Below, piece after piece: positions 13,440-26,857 of a DNA stretch of 64,000 nucleotides; the stretch's first letter is position 1; the number at the start of each line of letters is the position of its first letter. Origin of the DNA: Paramecium tetraurelia (Eukaryota); NCBI GenBank assembly GCA_000165425.1, contig CT868596.1, forward strand, positions 248,001 to 312,000, read 5' to 3'. The translations under genes and the position numbers were made by a program. Below the pieces are notes generated by a model that ran no database searches, was not told where the DNA came from, and saw nothing but the letters and a program-made list of their open reading frames with translations.

Positions 13440-15022
13440 ATGTAAAGTAGCACAAATTACTCTTAAATCGAAAAAAGGGAGAACTCCGATTGGCCTATTT
13501 TTTAAACAGCGGAGAATATTAACAACCTCCCATTTTGGGATAAGAGACCCTATTTATTCTTTGATGAAAATCAAATAGTAATAAAAGGGACCTTGAAGAG
13601 AATTGGCAAGAACAAACAGATACCAAAATCATACATGTTTATACTATTGAAAACAGGTTAACTTATATACCTAGACACAAATTAAAAAGGGAAAATATAG
13701 TTGGATCTATCAATTGTTCTCAAAAAAATAGAGTTGACTAATGAGGAAAATGAAGACAAGCAAAAGATATCTGCAATACGAATAGAAAGATTTTAGAATT
13801 GTTCAATTCATATTTGGAATGAAGACAACTCGTATTATTTTTAATTAATTTCTAGTTTAGAATCAGCATTAATGTTTGGTATAACAGATTAGCTCAGTTT
13901 TGCATTAGTTCAAATTTTGAAGGCTTCTTTTAGTTACATGAAAAAATAGACGAGGGAGCCTTCAGTTCTGTATTCACTGTTACTTCACAATCTCAAGAAG
14001 AAGTCAAGAATTAGAAATATGCTGCCAAAGTATACTCTAAAAGTCTACAATCAAAAATACCTGCTTAATAGATGAAGGTAAATATTTGAATAAATTAGGA
14101 TTTTATTTAAGCAGAATGTTCAATACTGAAAATAGTAAAATCCTAATACATTGTTAAGCTATTTGAAATAATATAATTAGAAGATGTAGTCATTTTAATT
14201 CTTGAATATGTATCTGGAGGAACCTTGTATCAAATCCTTCAATAAAATGTGTTAAATGAATTGATGTCCTTAGAGATACTCAATTAGATAATGTTAGCAA
14301 TCAAAGAAGTTCATCAGTATTATATATGAATATTATAATAGCCATGGCTTTGTACACAGAGATATTAAATTAGAGAATATCATGTTTCAATCTTTGAATC
14401 CAATTGAAATTAAACTTATAGATTTTGGCTTTGCTGAGAAAATCAATAGAAATAAATTATTAAATGGTTCTGGAACTGCAGGATATATTGCACCTGAACT
14501 CTTCCAATTAGCTCCCTATACAGAAAATTGTGATATGTTTAGCTTAGGAGTACTTTTCTATTTACTTCTATGTGGGAATTCCCCTTTTGGTACCTAGAAT
14601 AAAGAATGTAATTTCGATTATCTATTTAATTAGTACTTTTGGAATTAAATAAGACATGCAATCTGCAATATCTATCAAAGGAATGGTAGAATATTTCTTC
14701 TTCTACTTAAAAAATTGTCTAAAAGATGCTAGATAAAGATCCTACTAAAAGAATTACAATTTTAGAATTAGAACTACTATTAGATATACACATGAATAAT
14801 TTGCGATTTAATTAAGCTAATTCTCGATAAGCGCTTAATCAATTGTAAAATTGCAACAATGTTATAATGCAAAACTAAAGACCTGCAGTCAGGACAGTTT
14901 CGAATAATAAAAAATGCGATGATGACGATATGTCAATAGAGGAAAAAAGCATAGATAATACAAATCTAATCAATTTAAAAAATTCCCATCAATATTACAA
15001 TAAATCTAAATGGGTATCTTGA
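13440..15022 (+). CDS. Ser/Thr protein kinase (CAMK-like) with N-terminal PH-like region
   Basis: IDEGAFSSVF, YAAKVY, HRDIKLENI, DFG, GTAGYIAPE and CDMFSLG motifs. Confidence 0.9.
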
Positions 15023-16195
15023 ATTTGTTAAATAAACATTGAATTATAAAATTTACAAAGTTATGATTAATTTAATTTATTTATAATTCTATCACATTAT
15101 AAATGGAAGATGAAATATATATTGTTATCAATGATGAAATACGATTTCACTAGAATAAACATTATAACATAAATATAGAAATAATAAGAAGAATACAACT
15201 TAACTAATTTTTAATGTTAAGTTACATATAATCAAATAATCAATATAGGTGATAACCAAAAAATCATAAATCAATAAATTTTAAAATAGAAACTAACAAC
15301 AGAATTAAATTAAGTCATGCTTTATTTATAGATGATGATGTAGCTTGAAAACTCTAACATAAAATATTATTATTTTATAGATTAATTTCAATCTATTATA
15401 AATTTTTATAAGGAATTTATCCATTTGAGTTTAAAGTTGTGACTATTTATTTACTTAAATATAAATCATAAATCAATTATTGATATGAGAAAAAAATAAT
15501 GTGATAATGATTAAGTTATAAAAAGATCAAATGAATCTTATTAATTTAGTTATCCATTATGATAGATTTAGAGTGATTTTAATTTAATCATATTTCAATT
15601 CCTTATTTCTTGGAGTTTTAGTTCTCTAGTAAAATTATTAAAGACATTAATTATTAAGAAAGATTCATAAAATTTGATCAGAGGTATTTTCAGCATCACA
15701 AAGAAGAATTTCATTTTTTAATAAATCTCAAGATATCCATAAAAGATATCATTCTAAATGAACCTAAATTCAATAATAGTCCTCTAAAAACTCTACTTAT
15801 TAAAAACTACAGTTTTATAAGGAATAAGAGGAATATAATTATTATCTTAAAGTACTTCTGATTAATAAAATATAGATTTATTAGATTATTTTATCTCGAT
15901 TAAAAAATAAATGAAGCTGTGGTTGATTGAATTTTTCGACTATAACTAGTCATTATTTTTGCAGATCTTACTAAAAAATGAAAGTATATTTTAAATACAT
16001 ATATAAAAATTAATTAAACTTTAACATATTATATTTGAGCTTAAAAAAATCATATTGCTATTATAAATTTATGACGTATTTTCATAATTTTTTCAGATAT
16101 TTTCCTCCATTAATCATATAATAATACGTATGAAAACTAGATTTTTTAGTTGAATACATTATGTTAAAAATATATACAAATAAGGAATCACTTCA

Positions 16196-16480
16196 TCAAA
16201 ACAATTAAGAATCCTCTTTATTTTCGGGTTTTCTGATTAAAATAGGAGAATCAAAATTTGGAACATCATTTATAAATTTTGTTCTGATACCAGTTAAAAT
16301 TTAACTACTATCACTAGAGTCATCATCGGAGGAAAGTATGTCAGCGAATGGCAATTTTATTTTGAGCTTTTCCTCTATTTTTACTTTTTTTTTAATTGGA
16401 ATTTCATCATTTTCTTAGTCTTAAAATTTCTCTTTTGTTGTTTCCTTTTAAGAAATCTCTGACAATTTTGGACTACTCAT
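16196..16480 (-). CDS. Hypothetical 94-aa acidic/low-complexity protein
   Basis: Intact code-6 ORF MSSPKLSEISQKETTKEKF...DILSSDDDSSDSSQ...EDSQLF*. Confidence 0.55.
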
Positions 16481-16929
16481 TTTGTTTAAAATATTAATAT
16501 AAATTATTCTTATAAATTCACGAATAAATTTTCCAAAAATTATAATAATTAGCAAATGTAGTCCTGCATCGTCTTGTATTAGATCTAAATTCTAGTTTGC
16601 AAAACGTTATTGCAGTAGATTTCTCTATTCTCTTCATTTAAAGCAAAGAAAATAAATTTAATTCACCAAAATAATCTTTACTTAAACAATTGTTAAACAA
16701 AATTTGATTTTATGCCAATAATATTAAAAAATTCTTTAACGCTTCAAATTTATAATAATTAGAAGGACAACACTAACAATAAAATAAGAATATCAAATTT
16801 TTTAAAATTTAGATAAATTTGAGCACAAAAGATGAACTATATCTAACTTACTTAAGGATGTATTTAAATAAATTGTTTAATAAAATAAAAACTAATATAT
16901 ATAAAATAAGAACAAAAAATTAATAATTT

Positions 16930-17678
16930 TCATGGCTTAGGTTATCTAATTAATGTCATTTTATCATCAAGATCTTTAATCAAAGCTTATATTAAAGTCA
17001 GACTTTTGTTAAATCCAGCTGCATTTGCTCTTAAAGAATCAATCTTAGGCATTTTTACAACTTCTGGAATTGAAGTTGTTATACTAACTCTAGAGCTTTT
17101 TGCTGCAAACAATTCGTCTTGATTTTCTAAGATTGATGAAATATTTACCTTTTAATGTTTGCCTTAGACGCTCAATCTCTTCCTAAGATTGAAGTTTGTT
17201 ATTCTCTAAATCGGTTTAAGCCATTGCTAATTACTCTAAAACTTTATCTAGTTTAATTTCTAAATCTTTATTGGTTTCTTCCAGCTACCTATGTTTAATA
17301 ATATGAATACCTAATCTTATTTTTATTTAGATCTTAATCAACTTCTAAGTCGATGATCTATATTTTCAGAGATTGCACAATTTTTTAAAACTCTTAAATT
17401 TGAGCTTCCTTTTTTGCTAATTGTTTTTCTAATTGATTTTGAATCTATTATAGTTCATTCTAAAATAATGATAAATAATTTAGTACTCTTGCTTTTTGTG
17501 TTTCTTCTTTTTGTTACAATAACTAATTTTAGGTTTGCGCTAGTTGTTTGTTTAAAGTCTCAATGTTCTTCTATTATTGATCTTCCAAAATTTGACTTTC
17601 TTCAATAAACTGATTATATTCTTCCTCCATTTACTGGTATTTTTGGCACATTTCATCATATAATTGCTTAAAGTCCAT
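16930..17678 (-). CDS. NudE/NDEL1-like coiled-coil protein
   Basis: KYQQMEEEYNQFIEESQILEDQ; IIDLEVDQDLNKNKIR/QLEETNKDLEIKLDKVLEQLAMAQTDLE; EEIERLRQTLKENQDEL; C-terminal SLTLIQALIKDLDDKM. Motif order parallels NudE. Confidence 0.55.
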
Positions 17679-18180
17679 TTTTGGTATTATAAATATATAA
17701 TATTATATTTAATGAAATTACATTACGCAATTCGAATAATCATTCTTTTTAGTGAAGCTTAATTTATTGAGAATCAATTCAATTCATTAAATAAGGTTAT
17801 TTTATTTAAGGATTTCTCAAATGATATATGAGTGAAGGAGTTTTTGAATTAATAGAGAGTTATCATATGTTATTGATCTTGTTATGATCAGCTCGTATAA
17901 TTTAATAAAATTGTTAAAATCTTTGTTTCCTATTTAATAAAAGGTTTATCAAATATCTTACCTAATAACTTGACATCGAATAAGATTATATAGAATGAGA
18001 ATATATTGAATTTTTGTTAATTTAGACTTTAACCTCTTTATTCTAAAAGATTGTTTAAAATTATAATAAATTTAATAAAATATTGTCAAATTACATAAAT
18101 AGACACAATGTTGCTTATAATTATTAATGAGAAAAAATGAGAATTTGCTTAAAACTTTTTTGATATCTATTAATTAAAAA

Positions 18181-19050
18181 TCAATATAATTGATCAAATC
18201 TAAGAATAGTTTTGCGATGATCTTCTAATTTTTCACAAGATGAAAAGTCTAATCTTCTAATCGTATTTCTATATGAATCACGATCTCGCTGATAGAATGC
18301 TCTGTTTGCATAGCTTTCATACATTTGTTTTTTCTAAAACACATTGTTGCAATCCCGTCTTAGTTAATTTACATAATGCTATTCAATTTCTAATTCAAGT
18401 TCTCGGAGTTTTTCTTTAGTTGAGACTTCTTCTCTGAAATTATTGCCTACATAATATTTAACCTTTGTTTATAATAATATGTTACTTATAGCGTTTTAGT
18501 TGTTTAAGCAGTAGGGTAATCATATGACCTTTAAAAGGAATAGATAGGAGCTGACTAAAACAAATTCAAAAACCCTGATGAAGAGAATAGAATCAGCATT
18601 ATAATTGGTAGTAATTAAAGTAATTACATATTACCTTATCCATTATTTTGCTGTCTATTTGAATTACGAGGTCTTGGATTGCCAAAGAATGCCCTAAAGA
18701 TATCCTAATCTTTATTATTATATTGCTACATTTGCAAAGTCATCACCATTGAATTATTCGTAATAATATCCATTTTGATCTTAATAGTGATGCTAACGTT
18801 GTGGTTCTGGTCTTTCTGTTCCGTATTGATCATAAACTCTCTTTTTATCAGGAATTGAAAGACAATTATATGCCTATGCTACACGTTTGAATGCTTCTTG
18901 GGCTCCTTCATTTTAGTTTTTATCAGGGTGGAATTTCAAAGCTAGTTTTCTATAAGCTTTTTTAAGCTCATCTTCAGTGGCTGATTTTGACACTCCTAGT
19001 ATTTCATAATAATCCTTCTTTTTAAGAAATTCCTTAATTTCTTCAGCCAT
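18181..19050 (-). CDS. DnaJ chaperone, DNAJB12/14-like (J domain, TM segment, DUF1977-like tail)
   Basis: [36 protein letters not shown] region [33 protein letters not shown]. Confidence 0.88.
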
Positions 19051-20648
19051 AATTTTATGTTTTAAAAAGAAACTTTTTTTAATTTGAATGAAAGACAACT
19101 AATTCCAATACACGCAATATAAATTAGATTAATTACATATATATTCATTTTTCTAATTCATTTATTGGTTACTCAATTAATCAAGGGCATTCCTCATATC
19201 TATTCGACCAACCTTAATATTATTAAGTTTTTTTTAATTCGATAAACTTTTCCTTACAGTATTTTATTGTCTCCTCTCAGTGTCTGTAACACAACTAGCA
19301 TATTAATATTTTACTATTTGAATACTTATCTAAATTTTACTTACTCCTTATATATTTATAATTATTCAGCATTGGTTTTTACTCTGACTAAAGCCTATAA
19401 TATTTTGATTCTTAATCTACATGATTTTATTTAATTTAGTTATGAATAATGTTATCAAAATTTTAGATTTTCTTATATAACTTTGATTCTATCCTCTAAA
19501 TTATTATTTTTGTTTAATTATGCTTAATTTTGCATTCTTTAATTTTTTGATTGTTTGCTCCTAAAATATTTTTTATTTAATTTTTCTGTTCTTCAGTTTC
19601 TTAATTTATGAAATTAAAATTGTAGTTTCCCTATAACACATGCGTGTCCTCTTATCAAATACTTTATGTGATATATTGAAATTGTTAAATCAAATAAAAC
19701 TTTGATTAAAAGTATTTAAAGGACTAATCAATTTAAGATTTCATTTAATCTATGAAGCTATTTGTAACCTTACTCTCAATTAAAGAAAATTTTTAAACAG
19801 TTTCGATCTTATTTATTTTTTTCTATAAATTCCTCAAATTAAGCCTGCAAGTTATTATTAATTAAATCCCTTCATTTATTTTATGAATCTGCTACTTCTA
19901 AATTTGTAAATTAAGTATACTGATTTACTATTTCTCATACTGGCGATATTATATTCTATATCTTTAAGATTCCAAAAAACCCTTATTTTTATCATCCTCT
20001 AAATAATTCAAATGAAATTATTAAATACTCTATTGATATTAAATTATAGATACAATTTTTAGATAAGACATAAAAAAACGAAAAAGCTTGAATCTACTCA
20101 TTAGTTAAAGTCAAAAATAACTAGTTGCAAACTCAAGATTATCATTAATATTAAATTCTATATCTTAGATTAAGAGAAAGTAAAAAACAATAATGTTGAA
20201 ATTACTAAATAATCATAGTACCAAATAATTATTGAGAGATTTACATATATAAATTTTTGAATTTAAATGAAAATCCTTAAAATATAACAAATTTAAATAT
20301 TTATTCCCAATAATTGCAAGTTATTTACATTATTCAATTTATACATATATTAAAACAGATACGTATATTTTATTGCTTTTTTATTCAAATTTTTAAGAAT
20401 ACTATTTGTTTGGCAATTAGTTATTATTTAAATCTGTGTTGGTTTTAACAATAATTAATGCAACTTCAAACGGGTGTCTTTTGTAGTTTGTAATATGAAA
20501 AATACAATTATAGATATCAGTAGTGCGAAAGTTGAGTTCATGTAAAATTATCGTACTCATTAAAATTCATCATTATATATTAATTTATATTAGGGAATTA
20601 TAAATATATTCGTCGTATCAATTTTATATATGGGTTAATTTTTTTAAT

Positions 20649-22228
20649 ATGCAATCTGTCAATAAATTATTTGTTAAGTGCCAATAAGAACCAGCGAAGG
20701 AACAAATCATTTTTAAGACTGAATTCTTCAAGTTCACAAATCATAAATAGGTTCTGTTGCTATTATGCAGCGATGAAAACATTTACAAAATAAATGTAAA
20801 TTGTCAATTACTAAGTTTGTAGAAATAGAAGATTTATAAGGTTTCCCTGTAGTCTTTGCGATTCAGTGTAAAAGCGGAATAAGCCAACAAGCAGACTTAG
20901 AAGTAGATGAAGGGTGATGAATTCCACACTTAAATATACAAATTTACTTTGGAGAGAGATGACACAGATGCTAACGAATTTTACAACTTTAACTTCCAAT
21001 CGATGTATTGGTTTGACAATTTGAGGAACAAACTAAATATGCTTGATTATTAGGTGAACTATGACATTTCTAAATTAATCGGTAAAGGGACCTTTGCATC
21101 AGTTTATGAAGCAAAATCCAAGTTTGATAATCAAATGTATGCAGCCAAAGCATTCTATAAGAAAACACTCTTTCAAGATCCAAAAGGAAAAGTATTTTAA
21201 AAAAATATTTGGTTTAGGAACAAGTTGAAAATGAGATCAGAATCATGAGACAACTCAACCATCCAAACTTAATAAATCTGCATGAAGTTTATGAAAATAA
21301 GGCATAAATCTATCTCATAATTGATTTGGCCAGAGGAGGCTCCCTTGAATATGCACTCAAGGTGTTAAATGGACCTGTGCCATTCTTATCGGCAAAGGTG
21401 ATCTTCCGTTAAATAGTGGAAGGACTCAGTGGATTACATGAAAAGAACATAATGCATAGAGATTTGAAACCAGATAATATCCTCTTCAGAGATTTCGTTC
21501 CCTTAAAGAGATACGGATTGATTCACATGGGACCCAACATCATGGTTAGCGATTTCGGTGTTTCAAGTGTGGTCTAAGAAAAACTGAATGTGTATCAATA
21601 CACTGGAACACCAGGATACATGGCACCTGAAGTGTTTGAGACAGAATAAGATCCCACGAAAACCTACAATGAGAGATGCGACATATTCTCTTTAGGTTGT
21701 ATTTTGTATTACTTACTGATTGGCAAACCACTTTTTGCAAACAAATAAGCAAATATGGAAATGAAAATCGATTGGGTCTCAGTTGAATAAGAATTGAATT
21801 CGAGCCATTCCCTTACTATGTTATTATAAAGAATGTTATCTCCGAATCCTTAGGATAGACCATCTTGCAAAGAGATCTTGGAAAACAAGATATTGGAAGT
21901 CGAATATGGAGAAGACGGAGTGCCATTATTCAAAGATTTCTAAAGACCTAAAAGCAGTCCTCCGAAAAGGTTGATTTAAGAAGATCCCCTAAAAAACAAA
22001 GGTAAGAGAGGTAGTGTTTTGATGAACAACAAGGCTATCAATATGATGCCCATTATGGAGGAGAAATAAAGAGATTCGGGTAATCACAAATTCACCAAGA
22101 GGAATACTAATATGGATAACTAAGAGATGAAATCGAGTCAAATAATCGTGAATCCATAATCAGTGAAACAGGCACGACGTTCGTCAGCTATCGTTCCTGG
22201 AACTGTTAAAAGACCATCGCAATAATGA
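20649..22228 (+). CDS. Ser/Thr protein kinase (CAMK-like) with N-terminal PH-like region
   Basis: IGKGTFASVY, YAAKAF, HRDLKPDNI, SDFG, GTPGYMAPE and CDIFSLG motifs. Confidence 0.92.
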
Positions 22229-22250
22229 TTAAATTAAATTAAATTTTAAT

Positions 22251-22644
22251 ATGTAGCACATTAGTAAAGAGAAAGAGTAGTAGTATCAGTAATATATGGA
22301 GTTGGAGAAGGAGGTTATGGGCACTCTGGCCAAAGTCAGACAATATGAGGCTTCAATGACTTAACTAAAAAAAAATATTCAGAAATGTCAAATTACATTG
22401 AAGGAACTTGGAAGTATTGAGGAACAAAAGACCTATCAGCCTGTAGGTAAATGGTAATAGATTTCACTTAACTAACAGTTTTATTCTTAAACCAAAAAAA
22501 GATATTGCAAATGAGGTTTTAGAAATTATTAAATCTCACGAAAAAGACATTGATGAGTATGAAAAAGTCAGATAACATCTAATTACGAAAGGAAAAGAAA
22601 AGGAAACATAATTACAAGAAGCAATGAAAGCATTAAAAATTTGA
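22251..22644 (+). CDS. PFDN1: Prefoldin beta subunit (PFDN1-like), one intron
   Basis: KCQITLKELGSIEEQKTYQPVGK/CFILKPKKDI hairpin motif flanked by coiled coils; about 122 aa. Confidence 0.75.
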
Positions 22645-22731
22645 ATTATACCTTATTAATTTTATGTATAACAAAAGCATTTGTTAATCTAAGAAATAAA
22701 TTTACTAAACTTTTATTATCAAAATTGTTAA

Positions 22732-23896
22732 TCAGAATTAAGTTGGCTTAGCTACTTCCTTATATTACTAAGAATAAATTATCATTTATTACAAAAAAAT
22801 CAGCAGTCTTTCTGGGAATTTAATTTCCATCTTTTCTAATCTATAAAACTGTGGATTTGCTCTGCATCAAGGACTTTAGATTTTTGTATAATTAAACTGC
22901 TTCCTCTATTTGTGCTTCGACGCACTCATTTTATTATAAATTAACTTAACTATTGTATGATTCTTTGTGATGATGAAAATCCTATTGTTTATTAAAGCAT
23001 GCTGAGGATGAACTTTTATTTTTAGTAGAATTGGATCCAACAAGAATTGAATTAAATTATACTTTCAACATAGTTTTAATGGGAGTTGACTTCTTCTCAA
23101 CCAAAGGAGAATATTATTTGGTTTAGCTTCTATTAATTGTTGGTCTTTGAGTTTTGCGTTCGCTTTATGAAATCTTATTTGTTGATGGTTCTTTATTTTC
23201 TGATTCAATTGTTACTGTTCTATTCACAGATTGATTATTTTTTTTTTCGGATCCCTTTATTTATTAAGAAAATTTGTATTGTTATTATTGTTGAGGTAGC
23301 TTCTTTAAACTTTAACTCCTCACAACTCCTTTGAAGAATTCAACCTTTTTTTAATATGAGGAGTCTGAAATATGGGATTCCTTGCTTGATGGTCTTTGCC
23401 TTGATTCATTAAATCCTTTTGATTGTTGCTATTGTGAAGATGAATTCTATCTAGGATTGTTCCTTGCAGCAACATTATTGGTGCTCGATGATTAATAAGA
23501 AAATTATGATTTATTCGCTAATTTATCCATTTCGAAATCCTTTGTTTCTCTAGTTAACTTTTGTATTTCCTAATCTATATTGCCTATATCCTTCAATAAT
23601 ATTTTCTTTAGATTAGCACTCTTACTTTTCACAATGGAGGGAGGTTATGCTATTGGAATTGGTTGCATAATTTATTGTGTTTATTCATCATCTGATTTTG
23701 GTGAAGGAGTGGAATTCTATTGGGGAGACTCTTCTTTAACGAGTTTTAATTATTTGGAGTCCTTCTTCGAATTCTTTAATATTGGCTTCTTTTCTTTGAA
23801 CACAATGAATTCCTACTAACTTATTGATGCTTTAGGTGTCTTGGATGTCTTTTTGTTTTTTTGACTATTCTCGTATTATTCTAGCAAATTACCCAT
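22732..23896 (-). CDS. Hypothetical S/Q/K-rich protein with N-terminal MG
   Basis: Long code-6 frame MGNLLEQYENSQKNKKTSKTPK...; C-terminal ECVEAQIEEAVQLYKNLK; tiny introns. Confidence 0.65.
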
Positions 23897-24352
23897 AATT
23901 TATTATTTTCTTAAGTAAATCACAATCAGTACCTCAACTCAAATTAAGCAGCAGCTTCCTCTTCACTTAATTTACTATACCTGCCTTATTCCTTCATTCA
24001 GTTAAATAATTTAATAAGAGTATTTATTATGTGCTAATTAATTTTAGAAAGCTGTTCTTCTCATAAAAAATTTATCAAATAAATAAGATTTCAATTGTAC
24101 ATCTAAAGTACCAGATTTACTATATTTGTTTCATAGACCATATAATTAATTTTATACCATTATATGTAGAAACATAAGATTTAGTAAAAATTAAATGTAT
24201 ATATATATATGGAATCTCAAATTCAGATTATGTTCTACTTAAATGTCTTGGATTTTCTCAATTGAATTTAGGGAACAATTATTTTACGATGAAATTGGAA
24301 TGAGAATTTGACAATTTTAAGATTTGTGATCCATATGAAAAATAAATTAATT

Positions 24353-24747
24353 TCATGGCTGAACCATGGTTTTAATGGATTATTCGAGTCCTTGAGTGAC
24401 CTTGGTTAGCTTGACATTCTGTGGTAGTTGCAAGCAATAAATTGTTACAGCTACCATGTTTGGATTAGATCTTGGATAAAAAAAGGATTGCACTCCACAT
24501 GTCTTACAAAAGTAATGTTTAGCCTTAATGTAAGTTAAATGCTTACTTGTTTGGTATTAAAAGTGTATAAACTAAGTTCTTCCATGCTTGTCAACAACTT
24601 GAACTTAGACTGAGGAATTAGAACATGATGGTTTTGTTTCATACGACAAATAGAACAAATACACTAGATTACTTCCATTTCAAGAGGTCCATTGAATTCG
24701 AATAATACTTTGCAACAATGACAACCACCTTAAAATAATTGTTCCAT
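24353..24747 (-). CDS. GFA/CENP-V (Mss4-like) zinc-binding protein
   Basis: FQGGCHCCKVLFEF...IQCICSICRMKQNHH...LYTFNTKQ/AKHYFCKTCGVQSFFYPRSNP. Confidence 0.9.
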
Positions 24748-24899
24748 TTTCCTAATTTTTATAAATAAATTAACGCGTAATATATTATGATATATATAAA
24801 CTATGATAGTTAAATCGCATAAGATTACAATACCAATTATTCAAATTATGAGTATAAACAATTTGTATTATTGATATTTAGAATAATTGTTTTGGGATC

Positions 24900-25472
24900 A
24901 AATATATTAATTTACATTAAATTTGTTTTATTAATGAAACTTAGATGTCATAAAGACTGAAAATGTAATAAATTTGGAAAATACGCAATAGCTATTTATC
25001 AATATAAGAATTATAGTACACGTAGCCAAGACTCTACTAATTTCTTTGTCCTTTTCATTCATTCTAAAATTGAGTGTTTGTGAGTTGGAATGTAAAATAG
25101 ATTCCTCCTAATAATTTTCTCGATTTCTGAAACCACTTTAATCTCGGTATGTCGATGTTTTTGTCTTTTTAACTATAATAACGCATTCCTCTGGAGCAAT
25201 TAAGGAAAAGCATGCTATTCTGACCAGTCTTCCCTTTTTCTCACTGATTCATTGTTTTATAACTTTTTAGTCAATACTCGAGGGGAAATATTACTTAATT
25301 TAAGTCTAGGTAATTCATTTCTCCTTTCAGAGTTGATTTAATGAGTTAGATGATGAACATCTTTGATATCACTATTATTTTTATTTAATGAGCTTGTGTG
25401 TGAGTTATTACAACGTGACCTTGGTCTAATCTCATCATTGTCCCAAGGACCAATATCTTGGTCATAATACAT
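24900..25472 (-). CDS. Hypothetical low-complexity protein with DIGPWD motif (3' end uncertain)
   Basis: MYYDQDIGPWDNDEIRPRSRCNNS...; open code-6 frame. Confidence 0.5.
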
Positions 25473-25493
25473 TTTATACTAATATTATTTTTA

Positions 25494-25845
25494 ATGCGTA
25501 AATTCTTCACTCAAATTCCTAAAGCTGTTGAATTATTGAAAGCAAACCCTGCCCTGCCAGTTAGAGCTCATATTGAATACTGTTCAGGATGAGGATATCG
25601 TTCATAAGCTATTTTAGCTGAAGTGTGCTTGAAGCATCTCTATCCAAAAAGTGAAGTCACTTTAAATTCACCGGATTCAGTATCATTATTTGACTATTCA
25701 TTAGAGAACAGGAAATATTGAAGTGACCATTTTTAAATCAGATGGATAAAAAGAATTGGTCCATTCTAAAAAAAGTGGCCAAGGAAATATCACACCTGAT
25801 AATGTGGCTGAAATCATGTAAAGAGTGATCAAGTTTGTTGAATGA
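25494..25845 (+). CDS. Second selenoprotein W-like (Rdx) protein, 108 aa, Sec at codon 33 (TGA 25590-25592), intron 25680-25704
   Basis: MRKFFTQIPKAVELLKANPALPVRAHIEYCSGUGYRSQAILAEVCLKHLYPKSEVTLNSPDS/RTGNIEVTIFKSDGQKELVHSKKSGQGNITPDNVAEIMQRVIKFVE*. Confidence 0.92.
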
Positions 25846-25872
25846 AAAGTCAATATTGAATATAATAGGTAT

Positions 25873-25943
25873 ATTAAAGAGATAAAATGAATGAAGAATT
25901 GGAAAGAAAATACGGATTCCAATTTTGAAAAAGGAATTTTAAT
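25873..25943 (+). promoter_or_regulatory. Eukaryotic SECIS element in the 3'UTR of the second SelW-like gene
   Basis: Core AUGAA (25891)...UGAA (25926); helix II GAAUUGGAA/UUCCAAUUU; A-rich loop AGAAAAUACGGA; helix I AUUAAAG/UUUUAAU. Confidence 0.85.
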
Positions 25944-26857
25944 CTGTTTAAATGAAACTATTATATTTATCACACATAATTTTAAATATAATTCATTAAG
26001 AATTTTAGAGATATTTAATTAGACAAGAATTGGAACCCTTAAAAACCCATTAATTACTTTACAAATTACATAGTTTAATACCTTTATATTAGATTTATTG
26101 GATCTAATTACTTTTAATTTTCTTACTCCTTAGTATTTTCTGTATTTCTAATAATGTAGAGAAATAATTTTGAGATTGTTGAATCATATGTAAGTTTTGA
26201 ATGTACTTTATTATTTTTAAGGTGAAAACTTTTGTGTAAAGATCTATTATCATATTTCTAATAACACATATTTGTAATCTTTAATAATCATTTTTATTAC
26301 AGGGTATATTATCTTAAATATTAAACTAACTACCTTCTAACTTAATTCTAATAAAATAAATATAATTTCATTATCCTAACAAATTTAGGTTTTAAATTTT
26401 AAGATAAATTTAATTCGATGAATTTTATAGTATTTTTCATATTCTTAAGAGAGTGAGTGTGAGAGAGTCTTGATAATACGATAATTTATATTGAATTCAT
26501 CATATGATTTTGGATATTTCATATTTTATTTTAAGCTTTGCATTGAGTTCTTCTTGTTCGACAACAGAGGGTATTATTGTGATTAACAACCTAAATAGTT
26601 CTAAAAAGGGATCTTCTTTGAATCACAATTAAAGGGTTAATTAATAATTTATAATTGTTAAAATACAATATTTTAATAAACAATAAGTTACTTAATTCTA
26701 TCCTTATGTCCAATTGAGTTTCATAATTTTATATCATAAGTAATTGATTCTTAACATATTATTCTGACTAATAAGTAGAAATAAAAATTTATTAAACAAA
26801 ATAAAATGAATAATTAAATTAATAATAATAATAATTTTCCGCTATTTTTAATTTAAA

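Noticed and set aside
15103..15950. Possible plus-strand gene starting MEDEIYIVINDEIRF
   Set aside because: Frame interrupted by TGAs that I could not resolve with canonical introns; no motif recognised
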